Counted from the stretch's first letter, positions 53,985 to 64,000 are shown. The stretch: DNA of 64,000 nt from Balneolaceae bacterium (GCA_007118695.1 SKRC01000085.1:14693-78692); one strand, 5' to 3'. Numbers and translations: made by a program. Notes: generated by a model not told the origin, from the sequence alone.

Positions 53985-56879
53985 ATGATTAAATCGTATC
54001 GCATAGCGCTCGCAGTTCTGATATCAGCTTTTGGAATCACAACAGAAGCTTTGACACAGGAACTTCCTTTCCGGGCATACTCTATTCAGGAAGGGCTGAG
54101 TGAATCGGTTGTTCATGACATGCATCAGGCCGCCGACGGTTATCTTTGGATTGCAACCGGATACGGTTTGAATCGTTTTGACGGGACTGAAATTCGAAGC
54201 TGGTACCGTCACCAGGGCCTGAATGATAACCAGATCAATGCAATTACTGAGGATAATTCCGGCCGGCTCTGGATCGGCACCGACTCCGGCGTCAACATAA
54301 TGGAGAAAGATACGGTTCTCAGCCCGCCTTATCTGGATGATTTAAAACCTTACGTAATTACATCCATCCACCAAGACAGCAACAATGACTGGTGGTTTGG
54401 CACGGATGGAGCCGGGATCTGGCTGCTGGATGCCAACCGCGGGCTTACACAATATACTTCAGTGCATGGACTGGCGGGAAACAGGGTCAGGGATATAGCT
54501 GAAACACCCGACGCTATACTCTGGTTTGCTACAAGCGAGGGATTGACCAATCTCGATGCCGGTAATTTCAATACGTTTACCGTGCAGCACGGGTTGCCGG
54601 ATAATAATCTGAACACCCTGGTCTCAGACGGCCATGGAACGCTTTGGATTGGCTCGGAACGAGGCCTTACAATCCGGCAAAACAATGAATATAAAAATTA
54701 TGACAAAGATGATGGTTTGATTCACAACAGTGTTGTCGCCATCTCCCCGAAAAGAGACGGAACAGCATGGATAGGAACCGAGGAAGGGGCATCCTACTAT
54801 GAGAACGGCACGTTTCGCAATTTCACCGTGGAACAGGGGCTGAACAGCAATATCATAAATTCCACTTTAATAGACCGGGAAGGGAATATCTGGTTTGGTA
54901 CTCTTGGGGGCGGGGCGAATATTTATCTGGGAGATTATTTTCATAATTATACGGCCGATCACGGGCTCACAAATAATGTGGTCACAGGCTTTGATGAAGA
55001 TATATACGGACACTTCTGGATCTCAACTTTTGGCGGCGGGGTCATGCATTACGACGGCACCGATATGCATACCCATGATGAAAGTGACGGCCTGATAGAC
55101 AATCGTGTGTTTACCACCTACAGTGACAATGCCGGGAAAGTATGGGTCGGTACAAGAAGCGGAATATCGATCATCGAAGATGGAGAAACCAGGCAACCGG
55201 ATGAACAATTCAGGGATCTTGAAATGATTCGCGCATTTTTTGAAGATCCGGATACCGGTGATTTTTGGATCGGAACGTACAACAACGGGATCTACCACTA
55301 TTCCGGCGGCGAACTTAACATCTATGATGATACCAATTACCTGGAGAATAATACGATCATGTCCATTCAAAAAGATGATCAAGGCCGGATGTGGTTTGCA
55401 ACCTACGGTGGGGTGGTGGTTTGGGAGAATGGTGAATTCAGCCGATACACCATAGAAGACGGACTTCCAAGCAATGGAGTGATCAGTATCCTCCTGGACC
55501 GTGATGGTCAGGCATGGGTGTCCACATTCAATGGATTTGCCCGTTTTGATCTCGAAAACAGGATTGCCGAAACATTTACATCCAGCTTTGGCCTCTCCAC
55601 AACCCTGGCCTATTTTATGTTTCAGGATCACAGAGATGACTACTGGATCGGTACCAATATCGGAATTATCCGGTTTGACTATGATGCCTACAACGCAGCG
55701 GGTTCAACCGTTGAACGAGATCTTGCCTTTCAACTGGTCAATCGGGAACAGGGATTGATTTCCAATGAAATGAATGCCGGCGGGTTGTATATCGATCAAT
55801 CGAACACTGTTTGGCTCGGCACGGTTGAAGGAGTCAGCCGGTTTTTTCCAGAGAGATTCCCATCACGGAATGTTGCCCCGCTGGCTCATTTCAAAGAGAT
55901 AGTATTTGCCGGCCAAATCGTGAGTCCCGACCAAAAGATTACCCGGAGGCATGACCGCAATTTTTTGCAGTTTGAGCTGACAGGCATTTCCTTCGCTGCT
56001 CCATCACAGGTGATGTTTGAATACCGGCTCGAAGGCGTTGATGATCAGTGGACGCACAGTTATGACAGAATGATCCGGTATCCATCTCTCTCACCGGGGG
56101 AATATTCCTTTCAGCTCAGGGCCTATAATGCCTCGGGTGTAAGAAGCGAGACGATAAGCAGTTTTGATTTTGAAATTGCCCCCCCGATCTGGCTGCAGTG
56201 GTGGTTTTTTATGCTTGTCGGGCTGATTGTGGTTGGTATCATTCTGTTTATTTATAATTACTACAGGGTACGCAGGCTTATTGAAATGGAACGTATGCGG
56301 GTTCAGATTGCCAGTGATCTTCATGATGATGTAGGTGCTTCCCTGACCGAACTGGCATTGCAGACAGATTTTTTGAGAACCGGCAATCTTGATGAAGAGG
56401 TCGAAAATACGTTAAAACAGATCGGGGAACACAGCCGCAGAATCGTTTCCACTCTCGATGACATTGTCTGGTCGATTGATGCGCGAAATGATACGGCCGG
56501 AGACCTGACGGATCGCATGCAGGATCATGCCAATAAGCTGCTTTCACCAAAAGGGATTATGGTCAACTACAATTTTGCCAATTTGGATACGGAAATACAG
56601 CTTCCTGTACAAATCAAAGAAAATCTGTACCTTATATTTAAGGAGTCAATAAATAATATCGCAAAGCATTCCGATGCTGATATGGTCAATATCAATTTAT
56701 CTATCAATGGCAATAAATACCATATGGATGTGGCCGACAACGGCACAGTAAGGACCAATGGCCGAAAAACGGGGCAGGGGTTGCGTAACATTAACATGCG
56801 AGCGAAAAGAATGAATGCAAATGCGATTATAGAAAGAGAAAACGGTTTTAACGTTAAAGTAGCAGGATCATTGAATTGA
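53985..56879 (+). CDS. Hybrid-architecture sensor histidine kinase with beta-propeller repeats, Y_Y_Y domain, TM helix, HisKA_3 and HATPase domains
   Basis: Repeated WIGT..GL two-component-regulator propeller motifs. The Y_Y_Y block is FEYRLEGVDDQWT...YSFQLRAYN. A TM helix WWFFMLVGLIVVGIILFIY follows, then the H-box IASDLHDDVGASL. Confidence 0.85.
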   Translation: MIKSYRIALAVLISAFGITTEALTQELPFRAYSIQEGLSESVVHDMHQAADGYLWIATGYGLNRFDGTEIRSWYRHQGLNDNQINAITEDNSGRLWIGTDSGVNIMEKDTVLSPPYLDDLKPYVITSIHQDSNNDWWFGTDGAGIWLLDANRGLTQYTSVHGLAGNRVRDIAETPDAILWFATSEGLTNLDAGNFNTFTVQHGLPDNNLNTLVSDGHGTLWIGSERGLTIRQNNEYKNYDKDDGLIHNSVVAISPKRDGTAWIGTEEGASYYENGTFRNFTVEQGLNSNIINSTLIDREGNIWFGTLGGGANIYLGDYFHNYTADHGLTNNVVTGFDEDIYGHFWISTFGGGVMHYDGTDMHTHDESDGLIDNRVFTTYSDNAGKVWVGTRSGISIIEDGETRQPDEQFRDLEMIRAFFEDPDTGDFWIGTYNNGIYHYSGGELNIYDDTNYLENNTIMSIQKDDQGRMWFATYGGVVVWENGEFSRYTIEDGLPSNGVISILLDRDGQAWVSTFNGFARFDLENRIAETFTSSFGLSTTLAYFMFQDHRDDYWIGTNIGIIRFDYDAYNAAGSTVERDLAFQLVNREQGLISNEMNAGGLYIDQSNTVWLGTVEGVSRFFPERFPSRNVAPLAHFKEIVFAGQIVSPDQKITRRHDRNFLQFELTGISFAAPSQVMFEYRLEGVDDQWTHSYDRMIRYPSLSPGEYSFQLRAYNASGVRSETISSFDFEIAPPIWLQWWFFMLVGLIVVGIILFIYNYYRVRRLIEMERMRVQIASDLHDDVGASLTELALQTDFLRTGNLDEEVENTLKQIGEHSRRIVSTLDDIVWSIDARNDTAGDLTDRMQDHANKLLSPKGIMVNYNFANLDTEIQLPVQIKENLYLIFKESINNIAKHSDADMVNINLSINGNKYHMDVADNGTVRTNGRKTGQGLRNINMRAKRMNANAIIERENGFNVKVAGSLN

Positions 56880-56905
56880 TTTGAACCCTTATGTGAGGAC
56901 AAATT

Positions 56906-57538
56906 ATGGCAGTTATAGGAATTGTTGAAGACAATAAAAAAATCAGGGATTTAATCCAGCGCTATCTCGATATGCAGGAAGAGCTGCAATGTCCTGTTGC
57001 GGTGGATTCGGTAGAGGAAATGCTGGATTACCTTGAAAATCATGATGCTCCGGATGTCATACTCATGGATATTCAGTTGCCCGGAATGTCAGGCATCAAA
57101 GGCATCGGGATCATCAAGCAAAAGTATCCTGATACAGAAATCATTATGCTCACCATCTATCACGATTCGCATAAAATCTTTGACTCACTGGTGGCAGGGG
57201 CCAGCGGATACCTGCTCAAACACACCTCTTTGCCCGAAATTAAAGAGTCGATTCAGACCCTGTTAAATGGCGGGGCCCCCATGTCACCGCAAATTGCCAG
57301 GAAAGTGATCGGACACTTTAATAAACCGAATAAAAAAGCAGATGAAGACTACGGGCTGACCCCGAGGGAGCAGGATATTATCAACGGCCTTGTAGACGGG
57401 CTGAGTTATAAATTAATTGCCGATCGTTTCGATATTTCCATCGATACGGTGCGGGCACACATACGTAACATTTATAAGAAGTTGCACGTTAACTCTAAAG
57501 CAGAGGTAATAGCCAAATCTCTACGCGGGGAAATATAA
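56906..57538 (+). CDS. NarL/LuxR-family response regulator
   Basis: Receiver domain (DVILMDIQLPGMSG) plus the LuxR HTH (LTPREQDIINGLVDGLSYKLIADRFDISIDTVRAHIRNIYKKLHV). Confidence 0.9.
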   Translation: MAVIGIVEDNKKIRDLIQRYLDMQEELQCPVAVDSVEEMLDYLENHDAPDVILMDIQLPGMSGIKGIGIIKQKYPDTEIIMLTIYHDSHKIFDSLVAGASGYLLKHTSLPEIKESIQTLLNGGAPMSPQIARKVIGHFNKPNKKADEDYGLTPREQDIINGLVDGLSYKLIADRFDISIDTVRAHIRNIYKKLHVNSKAEVIAKSLRGEI

Positions 57539-57701
57539 ATTGCCTAAACCGGGAATCCCGGGCTTTTGTTTTGGGAATAATGCGTGTCTCGGGTGTCTTG
57601 AAGGTGATTACGGCTATTAGCATGAATATGTGATACAATGTGACATTTGACATCTGTATATTGTAGTCAGATACCGGAAAAACCCAAAAGCTTGAGTCAA
57701 T

Positions 57702-59279
57702 ATGAAAAATTTTAAGCTACATATTACAGTCATAGCAGCCTTATCGGCGTTACTGTTAACCGGATGCTACACAAAGCTTGAGACGATCCATACCGAGAGA
57801 ATTATTTCAGAGCCTCAAAGAACAGCCACATTGGCAACCCAAGAGGAGAAAGAAGCGTATAAGCAAGAGGCGGTTGACAGAAGGGTCGCTGAACTTCCAC
57901 CGGATGAAGAGGAGAGTTATCTCTATGGCTATGAACATGGACTCGAAGATGGCTATGAAGATGGATGGACCGATGCGGAATACTACTATTTCATAGATTA
58001 TGAGGCCCGGGAAAGATATGCTCATCACAATGTAGCAAGAACATTTAGGACGCCACATACAACGAATATTTACAATTACTACTATGCCGGCTATTACCCC
58101 TATAGCTGGAGCAGGTATCACTACGGCTATTCGCACTGGCATATACGTCACCGGTACGGTTTGTGGCGCCATTATAGTCCATATTATGCATGGTATCCAC
58201 GGTCTTACTTTTCATTTGGCTGGGGCTTTCATGCACCTTTCTACGCATTTTCTTACTACAGGTATCCGCCTTATGGAGGTTTCTACGGTGGGTATTACGG
58301 AAGGCCGTTTTACGGAAACACATTCGTATTTTTGAACTACAGGCACCTCAGGGTTCAGCCCAAGCGAACCTTTGCGGCCAGAACGACCGGTCTGCGCTCT
58401 TCCGGACTTACCAGGGAGCACCGCGTGAGGGGCTCACAGGTGGGAACTCCAAGAACCCAGCAGGCCAGGTCAACAACGCTGCAGGAGAGAAGGCAGGCGG
58501 TAAGGAATGAAGCGCAAGTACGCCGGTCCGGACAGTCCGGCAATGTGGAACGATCACGAGGTTCCTCTGTTGACAGAAACAGAAGTGCAAGATCTGTTAA
58601 TCGCGACAGAAACACGCGGGTCAACAGGGATCGTGGCAATGTAAACCGGCAAAGAGGTTCAAGTAATGTGAACCGAGAGCGAAGCAATGTCAATCGCCAG
58701 AGAAGTTCGGGCAATGTGAACCGGCAAAGAAGTTCCGGTAACACAAACCGGTCAAGCGGAAGTGTCAATCGCCAGCGAAGCTCCGATAACAGCAGCAGCA
58801 ATCGCTCGCGGAGTAGCAGGGACCGGCAGCAAAGCAGCCTGAATGTCACACCGGATCGTGACAGCAGTTCAGGTTCTTCTTCCCCGGCTGTACGCTCGAT
58901 CCGATCAGCCAGCAGCTCAGGGTCAACACAAGCCGTAACAAGAACACGAACCTCGGGCAGCAGTGTATCCAGCCGCGCGAGCAGTGCTGTGCAAAACAGA
59001 ATTCAGCAGAGGGGATCCTCGGTTACCGAACGATCCACAGTCAGGAACAGGATTCAGCAACAGAGTTCACGATCAAACAGACCGACACTGCGAAGCACCC
59101 GCAGCACCAACAATAATCGTTCAGTTCAGCAGAGAAGCCGATCCAGCAGCAATAATCGGGCTACAGTAAACAGAAACCGGAGCAATAATTCATCATCCGG
59201 AACGACCGTGCGGAGCCGGTCATCGTCCAATGACCGGTCCAGTTCCTCCAGGTCTGGTAACAGAAGCCGGGGCAATTAG
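57702..59279 (+). CDS. Hypothetical lipoprotein with Tyr/Trp/His/Arg-rich core and ~300-aa Arg/Ser/Asn-rich low-complexity tail
   Basis: Signal peptide with lipobox LLTGC. The core contains runs such as YYYAGYYPYSWSRYHYGYSHWHIRHRYGLWRHYSPYYAWYPRSYF. The tail is made of NVNRQRSSG-like repeats and RS/SN runs. Confidence 0.6.
   Translation: MKNFKLHITVIAALSALLLTGCYTKLETIHTERIISEPQRTATLATQEEKEAYKQEAVDRRVAELPPDEEESYLYGYEHGLEDGYEDGWTDAEYYYFIDYEARERYAHHNVARTFRTPHTTNIYNYYYAGYYPYSWSRYHYGYSHWHIRHRYGLWRHYSPYYAWYPRSYFSFGWGFHAPFYAFSYYRYPPYGGFYGGYYGRPFYGNTFVFLNYRHLRVQPKRTFAARTTGLRSSGLTREHRVRGSQVGTPRTQQARSTTLQERRQAVRNEAQVRRSGQSGNVERSRGSSVDRNRSARSVNRDRNTRVNRDRGNVNRQRGSSNVNRERSNVNRQRSSGNVNRQRSSGNTNRSSGSVNRQRSSDNSSSNRSRSSRDRQQSSLNVTPDRDSSSGSSSPAVRSIRSASSSGSTQAVTRTRTSGSSVSSRASSAVQNRIQQRGSSVTERSTVRNRIQQQSSRSNRPTLRSTRSTNNNRSVQQRSRSSSNNRATVNRNRSNNSSSGTTVRSRSSSNDRSSSSRSGNRSRGN
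58638..58790 (+). repeat. Degenerate ~27-nt (9-aa) tandem repeats inside the lipoprotein gene
   Basis: Successive units encode NVNRQRGSS / NVNRERS / NVNRQRSSG / NVNRQRSSG / NTNRSSGS / VNRQRSSD. Confidence 0.8.
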
Positions 59280-59340
59280 CAGTCACTGTCCAGTTACACA
59301 GTTTTAAAAGCTCCATTTAAAAAGATATAAAACTAAGACT

Positions 59341-60885
59341 ATGAAAAGGATCATACTATGCCTTGCAGCGGCATTGATGCTGATGGTATCTCAGGCGGCG
59401 CATGCCCAGGAAGCTGTAAATCCGTTGCTCTACAGCTACCAGGCGGTTCAATTTGGCGATCAGAATGTATCCCATGATCCTGTCACCCTGGTCATGCCGG
59501 GAACCGCCTTTTCGGGGGGATTCAGCAGTTACCTGGATAATCCGGCTTCAGCGGCACTTTTCGATGAGAGTTTCGGTGAGTTTGGCTTGTCATTCAGGCA
59601 AGTCGATGAACAGAGTCTTTTTCTGAATAATCGCATCTCATTTGATGACAACCAAATCGGGATTTCCAACCTGGGGTTTGTCTACAGTTTCCCAACGGTC
59701 CGGGGCAGCCTGGTGATGGGAGCCGGTTACAGCCAGCACTCATTTTATAACAGGGCTATGTCTGTCAGTGGACGCAATAATCAGACGACAATAACAGATG
59801 CATTTAAAATTCCCGGCTCTCCTTACGCAGATATTGCATTCAATACTTTTGCAATTGATTATGGCGATGAATTTGAGGATTGGGATGAATCCATTTTTCG
59901 AATCGGGTTTAATGATTTCGGGGATTTTCGTGGTATCAGCCAGGAGGCCGAAATTATTGAGCGTGGAAGAGGTGGGGATTTTTCGGCTTTTCTGGCCACG
60001 GAATTCATGGAAAATCTGATGGTGGGAGCGAGTATCGGTATTCAATCGGGCAGGTATAATTATGAGCGAATCTTCCTGGAGATCGATGAATTCAATGACT
60101 ATAACAGAAATATCATCGACTCAAATGAAGACGGTCAGGGCGACACCGATATCGATAATATCTTGCTGGATGAAGTGTTGAGAAGCGAATATCTCTCGTT
60201 TACTGCCCGAATCGGTGCCATTTTCAAATTGTCGGAATTTTTCAATATTGGAGCCTCTTATACTTTTCCATCCAAACTGAATGTAGACGAAGAGTTTGAC
60301 GCCAGGATTAAATCCACATTTAACAATGGGGTCGAATTTGAAGATGAACTTCTGACCGAATTTAACTATTCCGTTACCGCGCCTGCCCGCATTAACGTGG
60401 GCGCTGCTATTGTCGACCTGGCAGGTTTTAATGCTTCAGTATCCGCCGAATATGTAGATTACAGCAAAACCCGGATTGAATTTGATGCTGATGAGTTTGA
60501 AGAACAAAGAAATGAGAATAATTTTATCAGGGATAATTATACAGATGTCTGGAATTTGAGGGGTGGGATTGCCGTGGATGTAACCAATGCACTGACCCTG
60601 CGGGCCGGATACGGATTGCGACCTTCGCGATTCCGGGATATTGACATCGAAATGCAGCAGTTTTCAGCCGGAATTGGTTTTGGCCTTACTCCAGCGACCC
60701 GTTTGGAGCTTGGCGCTCAATATACGATGTGGAATGAGAATCAATCGACGGTGTATGAATATGGAGAATACGATTACACGGTTCTGCCGAATGAGGCACC
60801 CTTTCCGGTTGTCCAATCTGAATTTGCCGGCAGGGAAGTGAACAGGCTCCAGGTGATGGCTACCTTGCGATTCAAATTTAATTAA
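59341..60885 (+). CDS. Outer-membrane beta-barrel protein (FadL/OmpP1-like)
   Basis: Signal peptide ending AHAQ, an NPASAALFDE motif like the FadL NPA(G)LA motif, alternating beta-strand pattern, and a C-terminal LRFKFN. Confidence 0.55.
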   Translation: MKRIILCLAAALMLMVSQAAHAQEAVNPLLYSYQAVQFGDQNVSHDPVTLVMPGTAFSGGFSSYLDNPASAALFDESFGEFGLSFRQVDEQSLFLNNRISFDDNQIGISNLGFVYSFPTVRGSLVMGAGYSQHSFYNRAMSVSGRNNQTTITDAFKIPGSPYADIAFNTFAIDYGDEFEDWDESIFRIGFNDFGDFRGISQEAEIIERGRGGDFSAFLATEFMENLMVGASIGIQSGRYNYERIFLEIDEFNDYNRNIIDSNEDGQGDTDIDNILLDEVLRSEYLSFTARIGAIFKLSEFFNIGASYTFPSKLNVDEEFDARIKSTFNNGVEFEDELLTEFNYSVTAPARINVGAAIVDLAGFNASVSAEYVDYSKTRIEFDADEFEEQRNENNFIRDNYTDVWNLRGGIAVDVTNALTLRAGYGLRPSRFRDIDIEMQQFSAGIGFGLTPATRLELGAQYTMWNENQSTVYEYGEYDYTVLPNEAPFPVVQSEFAGREVNRLQVMATLRFKFN

Positions 60886-60926
60886 CCCAAAATTGTCATT
60901 GAAACAATGGCAATTTCCCCGTGGGA

Positions 60927-60953
60927 CCGATTCCGGCACTTTACCGGGATCGG
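60927..60953. other. Strong 10-bp hairpin in the convergent gap after the barrel gene
   Basis: ccgattccgg (60927-60936) pairs with ccgggatcgg (60944-60953) with one G-U pair and a 7-nt loop. No U-tract follows, so it is not a classic intrinsic terminator. Confidence 0.35.
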
Positions 60954-61103
60954 ATCATTGGGAGAACCGGGGTCTCTGCAGGTTAAATTTGTCTGGAAAA
61001 GGTGTTGTTAGCTTCGCGATCACCTTTGGCTTGTTCAGCCACGAAGCCACCAGGGCACAAAGGTATTACCAAGGACGGATTGATATGCGGTAATTCCAGT
61101 AGA

Positions 61104-61991
61104 TTAACCGAGATCGTCGGTTTTCTTGGGGTTGACACTCAAGACGGCGGTCTGGACATGACGAACAATATTTGTAGTGGTGCTGCCCATCATCAGGTAG
61201 TTGATGCCGGTCCGCCCGACTGTAGCCATCAAAATCAGGTTGTAGTCGTTTTGTTTGACATGATTCAAAATTGCCTCATGAGGCGAATCTCCGGAGGTTT
61301 CCACGCTATAGGATAGTTGATCTTTAATTTTGTGAAAATATTCGTTAGCCACCACTTTCAGCCTTTCCTTCCTGAGCCGCTCAAGTGATATGTCTGTTTC
61401 ATCTTCATCGAATTGATCAAAACTCAAAATATGCAGTAAATGCAGTTTGGACCCGGCTTTTTTGGCAATCTCAATTGCCAGAGGAAAAGCAGCAGTTGAG
61501 TTTTTTGAAAAATCGGTCGTAACAAGAATCTTTTCAAAATTTCCAATATCCGATTTGTCTTCTACGACCATCACGGGTACATGGGCCAGCCGAAGCACTT
61601 TTTCCGCCACGGAACCAAGCAGAAATCTTGTAAACCCGGTTCTGCCGTGCGTGGTCATGACGATCATATCGAACTTTTGGGATAGATCGACAATAGACTG
61701 TGCCGGGTTGCCAAAAGCAATGAGCGAGTCTTCTATCCGGTTATCGTCAATGTGTTCCTTTGCCAGTTCCGTCAATCTTTTTTCCAGATTCTGCTCGATT
61801 TTATCGAAATCCTGATACACACTGCTGCTCATCCCAAGCGCATACGGTTCATCCATTTCGGTGATCGGAATGTGTACATGCACCGGCGATACGGTGGCAT
61901 CAAATAGTTCAGCCAGTTTTTGAGCTACTGCCAATGCTTTTGTGCTCAGTTCTGAAAAATCAACAGGAACAAGTATGCGCTTGATTTCCAT
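61104..61991 (-). CDS. Tandem-domain universal stress protein (UspA family)
   Basis: Two Usp domains, each with ILVPVDFS / ILVTTDFS starts and G..GRTG (HGRTGFTRFLLGS, VGRTGINYLMMGS) ATP-binding motifs. Confidence 0.85.
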   Translation of the reverse strand: MEIKRILVPVDFSELSTKALAVAQKLAELFDATVSPVHVHIPITEMDEPYALGMSSSVYQDFDKIEQNLEKRLTELAKEHIDDNRIEDSLIAFGNPAQSIVDLSQKFDMIVMTTHGRTGFTRFLLGSVAEKVLRLAHVPVMVVEDKSDIGNFEKILVTTDFSKNSTAAFPLAIEIAKKAGSKLHLLHILSFDQFDEDETDISLERLRKERLKVVANEYFHKIKDQLSYSVETSGDSPHEAILNHVKQNDYNLILMATVGRTGINYLMMGSTTTNIVRHVQTAVLSVNPKKTDDLG

Positions 61992-62097
61992 AAGGTTCGA
62001 TTATCTAAAATGAAGAGTGCCAGTGAAATTGGATTGATCTCGTATCATTACAATGTAAGAAATCCTGTACACAGATCATGAAAAATCCCCGGCCCGG

Positions 62098-64000
62098 TCA
62101 ACCTGTTTCCAGGCGCAATACTTCCAGGGGTTTTTTATTCAAAATCCCCCGCATGTTCAAAAATCCGACCAGTAACGTCAGCAACACGATCAATACAGCT
62201 GCAATCGAAAGTGCAGACAGATTGGGGGCAAATGGCAGATCAAAATAGAAGATGGATAGCAGCCACGCTGACCCTACTGACAAAATTAGGCCGGCAAAAC
62301 AGGCAAGTGTCCCTAAAAACAGGTACTCCAGCAATTGAATCCCACGAATTTGTGATCGCAACGCCCCAATTGTACGCAGAAGCACAGCTTCACGGATCCG
62401 CTGGAACCGGCTGATGGCAATGGCACTGGCAAGTACAATCAGGCCTGTGATAATGCTGAAAAGAGCCATAAACTGTACCGCCATGGCAACTTTGTCAAGA
62501 AACTGCTGAACACTTTCCAGGACCAGCCCGATATCGATGGCCGATATATTGGGGTGTTCCCGTACAACGGCTTGCTGCAGGTCGGCAGCGCCGGTTTCGC
62601 CTTCCGTTCTGATGACGGTGGCATAAAACTGCGGCGCCGATTCCAGGACACCGGCCGGAAAAAGTACAAAAAAGTTCGGTTCCGGACGCTGAAAGTCGAC
62701 ATCCCGGATCGAGGCGATGGTCGTCTCGACAGGAATTCCCTGCACGTCAAATGTCAGAGAGTCGCCGACTGATATTTTCAGGTCATTGGCAATCGCGTCG
62801 TTGATTGAAATGGGAACCACTGAGTCAATGCCGTCAGCTTGCCCGATCCATTCCCCCTGGGTGATGGTTTCGGCCTCCGTCAAAGCATCACGATAGGTAA
62901 CTCTGTATTCGCGCGAAAGTGCCCATCGGCCTATATCCAGGGTTGTATCATCGCGGACTTCCCGGATCGGTTGGCCATTTCTGTGAGACAGCCGCATGGT
63001 TACAATCGGTACATTCTGTAATATTTCTGCACCTTCCTCTTCCACCATCCGCAATATATCGTCATTCTGATCAGACTGTATATCGTATAAAACCAGGTTA
63101 GGCTGGCTGTCTCCGGTTTGAAAATCGATACGCTGAAGTATCATGTCTTGCGAGAGATAGAGAATACCGATGAGCAGCATACCCATCCCCAGGGTGGTGA
63201 CCAGGATTGAGGTTTGGTTATTCGGGCGAAAAAGATTTGCAATGCCCTGACGCCATACATAGGGTAAACTGCGGAGCCTAATGGCCCTGACAACCCGGAT
63301 CAGCAGATTGGCCGTAGCCATAAGTAACGCTACAGACAGGATCAATCCTATTGTAAAAAAGAAAGCTGCTGTAAGGCTCTGCAAAAGTAATGCAAGAGTG
63401 CCAGTAATAAAGAAAACAGTAAACACACTGCCGGTTAGTTTGGTTCGGGACGTGATATGGTCAAGCGGGGAAAAGTCAATATTTTTCAGTGTGAGCAGGG
63501 GAGGGATTTTATTGATACTAAGCAGTGGCAGCAGGGCAAATCCGACACTGATCACGACACCGGTCCCAAACCCAAGCATCAGGGCAGCAGGCGATACTTG
63601 CTGTACGATTTCAAAGGGTAAAAAATCGGTAAACAGCCCCGGAAGATATCGTTGAACCAACAGGCCGAACAGGGATCCGATCGAAGCTCCGAAGATACCG
63701 AGCAATACAACCTGTGTGGCAAAAATGGAGGTCGTCTGCCGGGAAGAAGCTCCCAGGCACCTCAGGGTGGCTACGGTAGTGCTTTTCCGTTTGATGTAAA
63801 CATAGATCGCACTTGCTACTCCCAACCCGCCCAGGAGCAGGGCTACAAATCCAATCATGCCCAGAAACCGCGAGAGATTGTCAACAATCTGGCTAAAATC
63901 CTGCTTCCTCGATTCCACTGTTTCGTAACGGACCTGGTGCTCTCTTGCAAGGGGGCGCAGGCCGGAGACCAATGCATCGATATCTCTGTCCGGTTCAAAC
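62098..64000 (-). CDS. FtsX-like ABC transporter permease (MacB/YbbP-type, two FtsX domains), N-terminus beyond window
   Basis: Two FtsX-type 4-TM modules separated by a large extracytoplasmic domain. The reading frame stays open upstream of the track TTG (63972) to the window edge (...FEPDRDIDALVSGL). Confidence 0.8.
   Translation of the reverse strand, partial: FEPDRDIDALVSGLRPLAREHQVRYETVESRKQDFSQIVDNLSRFLGMIGFVALLLGGLGVASAIYVYIKRKSTTVATLRCLGASSRQTTSIFATQVVLLGIFGASIGSLFGLLVQRYLPGLFTDFLPFEIVQQVSPAALMLGFGTGVVISVGFALLPLLSINKIPPLLTLKNIDFSPLDHITSRTKLTGSVFTVFFITGTLALLLQSLTAAFFFTIGLILSVALLMATANLLIRVVRAIRLRSLPYVWRQGIANLFRPNNQTSILVTTLGMGMLLIGILYLSQDMILQRIDFQTGDSQPNLVLYDIQSDQNDDILRMVEEEGAEILQNVPIVTMRLSHRNGQPIREVRDDTTLDIGRWALSREYRVTYRDALTEAETITQGEWIGQADGIDSVVPISINDAIANDLKISVGDSLTFDVQGIPVETTIASIRDVDFQRPEPNFFVLFPAGVLESAPQFYATVIRTEGETGAADLQQAVVREHPNISAIDIGLVLESVQQFLDKVAMAVQFMALFSIITGLIVLASAIAISRFQRIREAVLLRTIGALRSQIRGIQLLEYLFLGTLACFAGLILSVGSAWLLSIFYFDLPFAPNLSALSIAAVLIVLLTLLVGFLNMRGILNKKPLEVLRLETG

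Noticed and set aside
55023-55631. 202-aa minus-strand ORF inside the sensor kinase gene
   Set aside because: It is antisense to the propeller-repeat region. The repeats keep reverse frames open.
58355-58849. 164-aa minus-strand ORF with LTLPxLLxRF-like repeats
   Set aside because: It is the reverse-frame image of the NVNRQRSSG repeat region of the lipoprotein gene. The periodicity is inherited rather than independent.
1-64000. Search for tRNA, rRNA, transposase/integrase genes, IS ends or prophage genes
   Set aside because: None were recognised in any intergenic gap or ORF translation. All larger gaps were read and contain repeats, hairpins or AT-rich promoter-like DNA instead.

Overview
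This 64-kb window looks like chromosomal DNA from an FCB-group bacterium of the Rhodothermota/Balneolota/Bacteroidota type. That is inferred from a short 284-aa RpoD, exbB-exbD-exbD, a Y_Y_Y propeller sensor kinase, rpsF-rpsR-rplI without ssb, and a nuoJ-N operon carrying pcd. Most of the window is densely packed housekeeping genes. They include a DASS transporter, D-amino-acid oxidase, tatD, pdxB, thymidine phosphorylase, pheA, an M20 amidohydrolase, ribosomal proteins S6/S18/L9, ExbBD, thiL, ftsH, PTPS+folE2, a fused Kgd-type 2-oxoglutarate dehydrogenase, pepF, rpoD, PBP4, a two-component system, a tandem Usp and an FtsX-type ABC permease. The most unusual locus is the complex I membrane-arm operon. 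nuoJ-nuoK and nuoL-nuoM-pcd-nuoN are separated by an antiparallel, translationally coupled 11-gene Mrp-type antiporter operon with Mbh-like gene order. Other points of interest:
- A small island that looks AT-rich, holding a divergent stand-alone TIR-like protein.
- A PspA/IM30-centred, translationally coupled gene string.
- A lipoprotein with an aromatic-rich core and a roughly 300-aa Arg/Ser/Asn-rich repeat tail, paired with an outer-membrane barrel.
- A ClpP C-terminal pseudogene remnant lying in frame behind the DAO stop codon and broken at a C9A9 homopolymer.
- A family of phased 6-8-nt tandem repeat arrays that recur in intergenic regions just 3' of genes.
I recognised no rRNA, tRNA, CRISPR array, transposase, integrase or prophage genes. 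All protein calls rest on motifs read from the supplied translations. No database search or computation was run.
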